Shown here: one piece after another, positions 30,801 to 37,404 of the stretch
How positions within the stretch are numbered: the stretch's first letter is position 1
Layout of the letters: the number at the start of each line of letters is the position of its first letter
Source of the DNA: a virus
Length of the DNA stretch: 40,180 nucleotides
IMG/VR virus record: IMGVR_UViG_3300045988_035205
Coordinates: 1 to 40,180 of that record
Direction: 5' to 3' (one strand)
The notes under the pieces: generated by a model
What the model was told of the DNA's origin: nothing
The model's input: the letters and a program-made list of their open reading frames with translations, nothing else
Databases searched by the model: none
Translations under genes and position numbers: made by a program

Positions 30801-33053
30801 AATACGGCTGCTGCCGCCGCCGCTGGCGTGGCGAACGGCAAGGCCGACGTGCTTATCCAGGGCACGGCACCGGCCACGTCGATGCGCAAGGCTTCGACCT
30901 TGTGGATTGACACCACGAACGGTGCGAACACGCCGAAGCGCTGGAATGGCAGTGCTTGGGTGGCTGTGACCGACAAGGCCGCTACCGACGCCGCGAATGC
31001 GGCTGTCAAGGCGAATGATGCGGCCAAGACCGCTCAAGCCACCGCCGACAAGGCTTCGACCGCTGCCGCCAACGCGGCTTCTCAGGCTAATCAGGCTCAG
31101 GCCGCAGCCAAGAAGGCGCAGACAACCGCCGACGGCAAGAACCTCATCTACCGTGGCCCCGACGAACCGAATCATGACGGTCTGAAGCCGGGCGACATGT
31201 GGTGGCGCACGCAAAAGTATTGGACGAGGTGGAAAGGCGAGAAGAACAATTCGCCGTCCATGCTGGCCGACTTCTACACCTACTGGCAGGGAACGCCGAA
31301 CGCTTCACCAAGCGTCTTGGTGCCGCTCGCTGATCGCGTGGTGGAAGTCCTGACATGGGACGGTACGAGATTCGAGCCATTCGACCTCGTGGCGAACAAC
31401 ATCCTCGCTGCTGGAACCGTGGCCGCGAAGCATCTCGCTGCCGACTCCGTGACCGCTGAGAAGGTCAAGGCCAATGCCATCACGGTGGACAAGCTGGCTG
31501 CGAATTCGGTCACGACTGAAAAGCTGGTGGCCGACGCGGTGACCGCCACGAAACTCGCCGCCAACTCGGTGCAGGCGCGGAACATCGTCGCACTGGCCAT
31601 CACGTCCGACAAGATCGCGGCCAATTCGGTGACTACGGGCAAGCTGAAGGTCACTGAGGATATGACGGTGGCCTTGCTCAACGTCCACAAGATTCAGGCG
31701 GGCGACATTGCGGCTAATGCCATCACGACCGACAAGCTCGCCGCTGGCGCGGTCAATGCGGATAAATTGGCTGCTAATTCGGTGACTGCTGGCAAGGTGC
31801 AGACCAATGCCATCGGCACCGACAAGCTCGCCGCGAATGCCGTCACGACCGCGAAGCTGAAGGTCACTGAGGATATGACCGTGGCGCTGCTGAATGTGCA
31901 TAAGATTCAGGCGGGCGACATCGCCGCCAATGCTGTCACGACCGATAAGCTGGCCGCCAACGCGGTGAATGCGGATAAGCTGGCCGCTAATTCGGTCAAT
32001 GCGTCCAAGATTGTCACTGGTGCCATCACCGCCGACAAGCTCGCGGCAAACAGTGTGACGGCTGTCAAGATCGCGGCTGGCACCATCACGTCCGACAAGG
32101 TGGCGGCGGGCCAATTCAAAGGCTATGTCTTCACCGGCGCGATATTCCAGAGCTCCGAGGCCGAGAACACCGGCATGAAGCTCAACGGCACCGCATTGCA
32201 AATGTGGGACAGCAACCACAATCGCACCGTCTATCTTGACGGCGAAGGCAAGTCGAATCTGCTGACTGGCACGTTCCAAACCCGCACGAGCGGGCACAGG
32301 GTGCGCATCAGCCCGGATTATCAGACCTACATCATCGGCGGATCTGAGACTTTCACCGGTGATGGCATCGAATTCCCCGCTTACAACGGGTCCACCGCCT
32401 ACTTTTCGCATCCGGCCATCGCTTCTGTCATCCAGTCGAATCAGGTCGGCGCGATGGGCGAACTGGACTTGTGGAGCGGACACGTGAGCAAGAACGACCC
32501 TGCCGCGTTCATGTCTCTCAGATCGAAGCCGCGCAAGAAAGGCGGTACCGGCAGCGGCGGCGTCACATCCAGAGTGCATGCCGTGGCGAACACGGATTAC
32601 GACGAGGCGGACGAGAGCAAGAAAAGCAGCGCTTTCCTCACTCTGTCCGGCGATAGCGCGAACGGTTCGGAGTGCTGGCTCGAAGCGCAAGACGCGAACG
32701 GCGAGGTCGGAGTCGGCGCGAACATCGGCACCGGATACGTGTATCTCGGCGGCTATCTTGGCGGCATCACGAACCGTTTTACGTTCCATGCCCAGGCTGC
32801 GTGGAAGGCGTGGTATCCGAATCCCGGCTCGAAGATTGCGACCGGCGCTTCCATGCAAGTCGATTGCACGTTCAGCCCGACGAAATACGGCCACTATTAC
32901 GTCGTCGCGAACGCGGATTCACAATGGGCGGGCATCATCGCGCACCCGATGAACACGGGCGGCCAGAGCGGCTTCACATTGAAGCTGTATAACGCCGACC
33001 AGCCTTGCCCGGTGGATGTTTACGCGGAATTCCTGGCTTATTTGGTCAAGTGA
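27804..33053 (+). CDS. Tail-associated protein / tail fibre (Tal-like N-terminus, FN3-like region, Ala-rich coiled coil, AANSVT-type repeats, C-terminal receptor-binding region)
   Basis: 1749 aa directly after Dit. It has internal duplications (30087-30275 / 31152-31343 and 31641-31745 / 31854-31958). Confidence 0.85.
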   Translation: MAKTLHARLVAYRPFGDRLGVLAEPVSFSASMLHNDDGAISIEYSLLSGDAQAFDRELTDGLEVAVEVSDGSGFREPDNARFVITGRSGKTDDRTKTVTYSGQSIGWLLSKAENNDSSHLIADGDNKGKRPFYSSNPGTIIKTLLDENRQRGGVATGLSLGFDTARDAGGAAWARKYTLYYSLGTDLQTILSSLVNGGGCDWRTSGRVLKLWNADSTALSRDLSESIVLQLARDISEAPFEESIADLASTILVEGDNNLLFRMDNPAAPTPWGKWESYSSQGGVSDKDTAQAFMQSTLDDAARVRGQYTRDLVTSGVDNLPLIDFHAGDWITAPTVTHGEKVRVQEIDLSMRQNEGLSCSIALNDIKYDASVRQAKKIKGITGGAALAGSEGGTTASSDRDHRVPKAPLGLVAQTDAYIGSDGFAHGLATAMWSAVMQATNNTAIEISNYAVEWRRHVDGAPWHSAGTTDKTQLGFGGLDCGTQIEVRVRAVPTYSDKLGEWSSVFVATVESDVTPCSVPSKPVLSSELGVVTVHWDGRTSTGASMESDFDHVEVGEGANAAGMTVISATQAGQGDYLVTGLTAGSQHSYALRSVDHAGNRSGWSAVASVTVASAVSPEEVKQIQKDLADNKTALMDNTAKLDQARKDIAANQAAQADTANALESAKSDIKANQSAINSANATLSDNTAKLTQAQKDIQANKTGLDAANQTLSQAKADLSQARRDIAQTKSDLATANGEISKAKESAAQAYAEAHSKNHTFRGPDEPKGNLIVGDLWLKTQKYWTRWKGEKNASPSLLADFYTYWTGAPNNSPSVLVPLADRVIDTLVWDGSAWNHMGYADVEKNADEISKAKSDIADNAAKTTDAKKAAENAAAAAKNAQGTADTANGAAKTAQDTANAANAAAKSATATAGQAKDAANAAQTAAESAKKTAGNAETLANTANASANAAKSDAASAKTDASNAKATASNASSVATQAKATADSAAQSATDAATAAQKANTAAAAAAGVANGKADVLIQGTAPATSMRKASTLWIDTTNGANTPKRWNGSAWVAVTDKAATDAANAAVKANDAAKTAQATADKASTAAANAASQANQAQAAAKKAQTTADGKNLIYRGPDEPNHDGLKPGDMWWRTQKYWTRWKGEKNNSPSMLADFYTYWQGTPNASPSVLVPLADRVVEVLTWDGTRFEPFDLVANNILAAGTVAAKHLAADSVTAEKVKANAITVDKLAANSVTTEKLVADAVTATKLAANSVQARNIVALAITSDKIAANSVTTGKLKVTEDMTVALLNVHKIQAGDIAANAITTDKLAAGAVNADKLAANSVTAGKVQTNAIGTDKLAANAVTTAKLKVTEDMTVALLNVHKIQAGDIAANAVTTDKLAANAVNADKLAANSVNASKIVTGAITADKLAANSVTAVKIAAGTITSDKVAAGQFKGYVFTGAIFQSSEAENTGMKLNGTALQMWDSNHNRTVYLDGEGKSNLLTGTFQTRTSGHRVRISPDYQTYIIGGSETFTGDGIEFPAYNGSTAYFSHPAIASVIQSNQVGAMGELDLWSGHVSKNDPAAFMSLRSKPRKKGGTGSGGVTSRVHAVANTDYDEADESKKSSAFLTLSGDSANGSECWLEAQDANGEVGVGANIGTGYVYLGGYLGGITNRFTFHAQAAWKAWYPNPGSKIATGASMQVDCTFSPTKYGHYYVVANADSQWAGIIAHPMNTGGQSGFTLKLYNADQPCPVDVYAEFLAYLVK

Positions 33054-33065
33054 TTGGAGGAAATC

Positions 33066-33638
33066 TTGTCTGCGACTTTCGAAACGGATGAGAACAGTGG
33101 GCTTTGCATTATCCGCTGCAATCCGCCCATAAACGGGTCGGACAGTTTCGTGTTCACGATCGACGTGCTCGTCTCGTGGAAGGCGCTGCTCGGCCTTGCT
33201 TCGACCCGTGAAGCGATCGCCGCAATCATGCAGGGCAAGGAGGACACGAGCCGGTACGACCCGAAAACGGGGCGCGGCGTATGGACAGGCGCGTATGAGG
33301 CGCTTGAATCGGCGCTGAATGATTCCGCCACCGGCGTGAGCATGCTTGCGGCTGATGGGGAAGTGTTGAATGACCCGCTTACCGCCGCGCGGAATAAGGC
33401 GCGTGAGGGCATGAACCTGCCGGTCATGTCGAATGAGACGGACGCGAATCTCATTGCCACACTGTCCGCTGATGACTCCGATGAGGAGCCGTCGAGTGGC
33501 ATTGACGTGACCGTGACCAAGGACATTGAGGGATTGGACGATTTCCTCAATGACGAGTCCAGTCAATCAAATCTGGACGAGTGCGAGGAGAGATTTTACC
33601 AATCCCTCATGCCACGACCTCAAAACAACCAACAATAA
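33066..33638 (+). CDS. Hypothetical acidic protein (tail accessory?). An alternative TTG start lies at 33054.
   Basis: GGAGGAAATC precedes the TTG at 33066. The ORF is open to 33638. Confidence 0.5.
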   Translation: MSATFETDENSGLCIIRCNPPINGSDSFVFTIDVLVSWKALLGLASTREAIAAIMQGKEDTSRYDPKTGRGVWTGAYEALESALNDSATGVSMLAADGEVLNDPLTAARNKAREGMNLPVMSNETDANLIATLSADDSDEEPSSGIDVTVTKDIEGLDDFLNDESSQSNLDECEERFYQSLMPRPQNNQQ

Positions 33639-33649
33639 GGAGATTGATT

Positions 33650-33952
33650 ATGGCCGATGTGACCACTGAGACCACTACCGATACCACGCCTGCCGAGCTG
33701 TCTGGCGTGCTTGATTTGCGTCCGCCGAAGGAGTCGGTGCGAGCGGAATTGTGCCGTTTGGGATTGGAGTTTTCCAGCGCTGACGGCACCGCCGAATCGT
33801 GGCGCGACTACCAGCGTGGCGTGCTTGCGACGTTCGATGATTCCGGCACGTCCGTCACGTTGACGGACGTGAAGACGAATCTCGGCCGCACGCTCACCTT
33901 GGACGAGCTTAAGGCCGTGACTCGTATCAATACGATGACCGCCGCCGACTAG
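33650..33952 (+). CDS. Hypothetical protein
   Basis: AAGGAGATTGATT RBS precedes the ATG at 33650. Confidence 0.55.
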   Translation: MADVTTETTTDTTPAELSGVLDLRPPKESVRAELCRLGLEFSSADGTAESWRDYQRGVLATFDDSGTSVTLTDVKTNLGRTLTLDELKAVTRINTMTAAD

Positions 33953-33977
33953 CCCGTATTTCCCAGTTTTTTTTCAA

Positions 33978-34015
33978 CCCCTGCAATCCACACGGATTGC
34001 GGGGGTTTCGTATTT
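33978..34015 (+). terminator. Intrinsic terminator after the tail module
   Basis: CCCCTGCAATCC (33978-33989), ACAC loop and GGATTGCGGGGG (33994-34005) form a 12-bp stem with one G:U pair, followed by TTTCGTATTT. Confidence 0.7.
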
Positions 34016-34026
34016 AAGGAGACATT

Positions 34027-34200
34027 TTGACTCAGATTCCAGCCGACGCGAACGACGTCATCGACACGCTCTCCGCGCAAATCGGCACTCTCAACAAGCA
34101 AAACGCAATCCTGACCAGCCAACTCGCGGCGGCCATGAAACTGATCCCGCAGGATGTGCTCGACGCAACCAAGGGGGTGGATGATGACAGTGAGGATTAA
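34027..34200 (+). CDS. Small coiled-coil-like ORF (57 aa), TTG start
   Basis: AAGGAGAC lies 4 nt upstream of the TTG. Codons are GC3-rich. It overlaps the start of cassette A. It is below the ORF-track cutoff. Confidence 0.4.
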   Translation: MTQIPADANDVIDTLSAQIGTLNKQNAILTSQLAAAMKLIPQDVLDATKGVDDDSED

Positions 34201-34714
34201 CTGGTTCCCCGACCCGAACATCACGCAGACGTTTGGAGCGTATGCGCCGAGCACCATGAAAGTGGATTTTCCGGTCGTGGCCCGCAGGAACTGGCTGCGC
34301 GCGACCGTGCTCACCGTTGGAGACGGTTACGCGCAGTATTCGCTGCAAGGCGACCGTCTTCCACCGGCTGGAACCTACCACGTGCACTGCTGTGCCTTCG
34401 CGAAGCACGCCAACGCATTCGCCCGCGTCTACACGAAGGTCGGTGGCAAGTATACGGTGCTATTGCAAAAAGAAATAGCGGATGGCACGACGGTCGATGT
34501 CGACGGGACCATAACGATTCCGGACGACTGCGAGGAACTCCTCATCCGCACCACAGCAGGCAAAGTGGTCGGCGCGATAGTCATGCTGAGCGATATTCTC
34601 ATCGAACGCGCCGACACATATGGCACTGCCGTGGGGGGGGGCTTCCGGGCTTCTTCACCGGGGATACGATGCCACGCGATTAAGGCGATTCGTCGGGCGG
34701 GTGATGCCCGATGA
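34181..34714 (+). CDS. RBP-like jelly-roll cassette A. As sequenced (G9) it reads through to 34714. A G10 or G7 allele would end at 34683 with the conserved tail ...FFTGDTMPRD.
   Basis: AAGGGGGTGG RBS. It is a paralogue of cassettes B and C. The conserved C-terminal motif is present but out of frame downstream of the G9 tract at 34633-34641. Confidence 0.6.
   Translation: MMTVRINWFPDPNITQTFGAYAPSTMKVDFPVVARRNWLRATVLTVGDGYAQYSLQGDRLPPAGTYHVHCCAFAKHANAFARVYTKVGGKYTVLLQKEIADGTTVDVDGTITIPDDCEELLIRTTAGKVVGAIVMLSDILIERADTYGTAVGGGFRASSPGIRCHAIKAIRRAGDAR
34633..34641 (+). repeat. Homopolymeric G9 tract
   Basis: gtGGGGGGGGGc. The count was confirmed through two independent ORF-track translations (AVGGGF and PWGGAS). 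Confidence 0.9.
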
Positions 34715-35079
34715 TAGTCACGAACCTATGCACGAGCCCATCCTCGACCATCACCCTGAAAGCCGACAAGTGGGTGAATATCACGACCCTTCCGAGCGTG
34801 AATGGGGCGACATATCAGATCAGCGTCGAGGTGAACGTCACAGGCGGCACTATCTCGATAATCGGAGCGGATGGCGACATCAACGCAAGACAACGTGTCA
34901 GCTACAAGATGATCATCAACAATTCCCATCCGATATCAATGAGTTATCACGTCAAGTCAGGCAGTCCGACCGTCACAGTGACGAACATGCTCATCTGCAC
35001 GTGGGACGAATACCAGGCGAACAAGACCCTGCTCGACGGCATCGAATATTTCGACGGGGATACGATGCCCCGAGCCTGA
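34711..35079 (+). CDS. RBP-like jelly-roll cassette B
   Basis: The N-terminus IVTNLCTSPSS and the C-terminus EYFDGDTMPRA are shared with A and C. Confidence 0.65.
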   Translation: MIVTNLCTSPSSTITLKADKWVNITTLPSVNGATYQISVEVNVTGGTISIIGADGDINARQRVSYKMIINNSHPISMSYHVKSGSPTVTVTNMLICTWDEYQANKTLLDGIEYFDGDTMPRA

Positions 35080-35101
35080 CCCTCGCACTGGGGGTGGTGG
35101 C

Positions 35102-35476
35102 ATGAGTGTCATCACGAATTATGCGTCCAGCCCGCTTGCCGTTTGCACCGTCAATGGTGCTGGCCGTAACGATTTCCCAGGCTGGAATGTCACTAATGAT
35201 GCGCCGGCCGAGCACGTCGTGAGCGCCAGAGTCGAGCTTGTGTCCGGCACTGGCACGATCAGATTCGGATGGGACAGTGATCACGTGCTTGATAAGACGG
35301 GACGTCTGACAGCTTATCCGAGACAAAATATTTTCCCTCAAATCACGGTCATCACCACCGGTGATGCCGTCTGGAAAGTCAGCCACGTTATTGTCACCTC
35401 ACAAGCGGAATACAGTCAGCTGACATCAAAATACGGGCTTGTTTATTTCGATGGCGGCACTATGCCAAAAGACTAA
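35102..35476 (+). CDS. RBP-like jelly-roll cassette C
   Basis: N-terminus VITNYASSPLA, C-terminus VYFDGGTMPKD. GGGGGTGG RBS. Markedly more A/T-ending codons than neighbouring genes. Confidence 0.65.
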   Translation: MSVITNYASSPLAVCTVNGAGRNDFPGWNVTNDAPAEHVVSARVELVSGTGTIRFGWDSDHVLDKTGRLTAYPRQNIFPQITVITTGDAVWKVSHVIVTSQAEYSQLTSKYGLVYFDGGTMPKD

Positions 35477-35497
35477 CCAATTTTAAGGAGATGTGAT

Positions 35498-35887
35498 GTG
35501 ATTCAAACGTTTCTAGCAGGGTTTGGCGGTGTGGGCGGCGCGTGCGCGCTCATCACGCTCGGCCTGAAAGTCTGGCCGGGCGCTTTGGAAGGATTGGCGA
35601 CCGGCCTGTACAGCCACGTCAATCCCGAAAGACTGCCATACAATTCGCCGCTCTCCCAGCATTTCGCCAAAACACGAATGCTCGGAGAACGTACCGAAAA
35701 ATTCGACGAGCGCATGGACGAGTTGTGCCGTGACACCATCAAAAACACGATCATCAGCCTGATCTACGGCGACCAGTCACACGACCATTCCGAGGCCGTC
35801 CGATACGAGCTGGCTAAGCTCGAAAAACTCGACGCGCAATGCTGGATCATCTCAGCAGCCGAAAAATACTTGGAGGACCGGCAATGA
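35498..35887 (+). CDS. Membrane-anchored hypothetical protein (N-terminal TM helix)
   Basis: GTG start 7 nt after AAGGAG. N-terminus FLAGFGGVGGACALITLGL. Confidence 0.55.
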   Translation: MIQTFLAGFGGVGGACALITLGLKVWPGALEGLATGLYSHVNPERLPYNSPLSQHFAKTRMLGERTEKFDERMDELCRDTIKNTIISLIYGDQSHDHSEAVRYELAKLEKLDAQCWIISAAEKYLEDRQ

Positions 35888-35970
35888 CACGACTGCTCAT
35901 CGCGGGCGGAGCCTACCTATTGCTCCTCGCACTCATTCTCATTTTCAACCACGGCGCTCACATGCGCTGA
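35884..35970 (+). CDS. Tiny hydrophobic ORF (28 aa, single TM)
   Basis: MTRLLIAGGAYLLLLALILIFNHGAHMR with an ATGA overlap. Confidence 0.4.
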   Translation: MTRLLIAGGAYLLLLALILIFNHGAHMR

Positions 35971-35983
35971 CACCGATTTTCAG

Positions 35984-36013
35984 GGCCATCACTTCAGTGG
36001 TGGCCTTTTCGTT
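35984..36013 (+). terminator. Intrinsic terminator
   Basis: GGCCATCAC (35984-35992), TTCA loop and GTGGTGGCC (35997-36005), followed by TTTTCGTTT. Confidence 0.65.
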
Positions 36014-36043
36014 TGCCTCGAAAGAGGCGGAAAGGAGGCGGTC

Positions 36044-36163
36044 GTGATCGATGTGACCATGACGCCGGAAATGACACCGCAGGGCGACAGTCTGCCGCCC
36101 ATTGACATCCCGGTCGTGTCCGAGACGGATGCGGCCAAGGCTGTCGAAGGATTGGAGGACTGA
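36044..36163 (+). CDS. Small acidic ORF (39 aa) upstream of the endolysin
   Basis: GTG start 5 nt after AAGGAGG. The stop lies 1 nt before the endolysin ATG. Confidence 0.4.
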   Translation: MIDVTMTPEMTPQGDSLPPIDIPVVSETDAAKAVEGLED

Positions 36164-36164
36164 C

Positions 36165-36959
36165 ATGGCAAGCGTAAGCGCTTTGATTAACCGCATGCGT
36201 TACTGGTGCGCCGTGGCCAACATGGGCTACTCGCAGGCGGACCGCTGGAACTTCAACCCCTCAGGTGGCAACTGCGATTGCTCGTCCCTTGTCATCCACT
36301 GTCTCAAGGAGGCGGGCTTCGACACCGGCTCGGCCACCTACACCGGCAATCTGAGCGGCAATCTGACCCGTCGCGGTTGGATTCGTCTGCCGGCGAACGG
36401 CAGCCCGCAGCCTGGCGACATCCTGCTCAACGACGTGCACCACGTGGCCGTCTATCTGGGCAGCGGCAAGCTCGCGCAGGCGTCCATCAGCGAGCGGGGT
36501 ACCGCCTACGGGAAGGCTGGCGATCAGACTGGCCGCGAAACCAACATCCGCGCCTACTACAACTATCCGTGGAGCTGCTACCTCCGCTACGGCGGCGGAA
36601 ACACCTCTTCGGCATCCACTGGCGCATTGGCCGTGGATGGCAATGTCGGCCCGGCCACCGTGCGCCGTTGGCAGCAGGTGATGGGCACTGCGGTGGATGG
36701 CATCATCAGCGGCCAGCAGGTGCCTGACGAACGCACCTACTGGCGTCCGGCCATCGATTCGAGCGTGGTTCGCTACGGTGCTGGCGGCAGTGATCTGATC
36801 CGCGCCGTGCAGCGTCGCCTGGGCTGTGGTGTTGATGGTCTGCTTGGCCCTGCCACCATTCGCGCCATCCAAGCGCACTACGGCTTGGCGCAGGACGCAT
36901 CATTCGGTCCTGGTACGGCACGCGCCTTGCAGACGGCACTCAATCAAAACCGATTCTAA
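36165..36959 (+). CDS. Endolysin: Cys/His peptidoglycan amidase- or peptidase-type catalytic domain plus two PG-binding-like repeats
   Basis: YSQADRW...DCSSLVIHCL...GDILLNDVHHVAVYLG are the catalytic Cys/His motifs. The C-terminal part has DGNVGPATVRRWQ and DGLLGPATIRAIQ repeats. Confidence 0.8.
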   Translation: MASVSALINRMRYWCAVANMGYSQADRWNFNPSGGNCDCSSLVIHCLKEAGFDTGSATYTGNLSGNLTRRGWIRLPANGSPQPGDILLNDVHHVAVYLGSGKLAQASISERGTAYGKAGDQTGRETNIRAYYNYPWSCYLRYGGGNTSSASTGALAVDGNVGPATVRRWQQVMGTAVDGIISGQQVPDERTYWRPAIDSSVVRYGAGGSDLIRAVQRRLGCGVDGLLGPATIRAIQAHYGLAQDASFGPGTARALQTALNQNRF

Positions 36960-36970
36960 GGGGGTTTAAT

Positions 36971-37249
36971 ATGGCTCAACATGCAGCGCCAACGACTTTG
37001 GAGACCACAGTCAATAATCTGACCAACGAGTGCGAGGACGGTCAGGACAACCAGCAGCCGACCGCTTACACGCCCGTCTTTTCCAAGGGCGTGCGTACCG
37101 TGGTCTACGTGCTGGGTCTGATCGCATCGTGCGTTGGTCTTGGCTTCATGACCTTCGGTGACGCCGCGATCGGCGGATACATCAGCACCGTGGCCGGCTT
37201 CATCGCTTCCGGCTTGGGCGTGGCCTACAATCCACTCCGCCGCAATTAA
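36971..37249 (+). CDS. Holin (two C-terminal TM helices)
   Basis: VVYVLGLIASCVGLGFMTF and IGGYISTVAGFIASGLGVAY. AAGGGGG RBS. It lies directly after the endolysin. Confidence 0.65.
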   Translation: MAQHAAPTTLETTVNNLTNECEDGQDNQQPTAYTPVFSKGVRTVVYVLGLIASCVGLGFMTFGDAAIGGYISTVAGFIASGLGVAYNPLRRN

Positions 37250-37356
37250 TTTTCGGGCTTGAAAATCAAACTCGCGCCGGAAACTCAACATCAGGTGTGG
37301 AAAAATTTGCGGCACTGTAGTGTCCGTGGAATTTTTTACACCCTGTTTTTAAATCT

Positions 37357-37392
37357 GCCCCTTCTCCATTTTGGAGGAGGGGCTTTGCTTTT
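37357..37392 (+). terminator. Intrinsic terminator after the lysis genes
   Basis: GCCCCTTCTCC (37357-37367), ATTTT loop and GGAGGAGGGGC (37373-37383), followed by TTTGCTTTT. Confidence 0.7.
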
Positions 37393-37404
37393 AGGACTTT
37401 CAAA

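Noticed and set aside
30340-31140. Ala-rich repeat region as a possible DGR variable region, or alternative-frame ORFs (30283-30969, 30358-30762, 30542-31027).
   Set aside because: There is no reverse transcriptase and no template-repeat copy in the window. The region is a coiled-coil segment of the fibre, and the other frames are low-complexity by-products.
33967-33974. T8 homopolymer upstream of the terminator hairpin as a phase-variation tract.
   Set aside because: It is intergenic, downstream of the stop at 33952 and outside any promoter spacer I could recognise. It is more likely part of the terminator context.
33950-35500. Rin-type shufflon (inverting tail-fibre cassettes), as described for some bifidobacterial prophages.
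   Set aside because: All three cassettes are in direct orientation with their own starts. I found no inverted crossover repeats and no second recombinase gene anywhere in the window.
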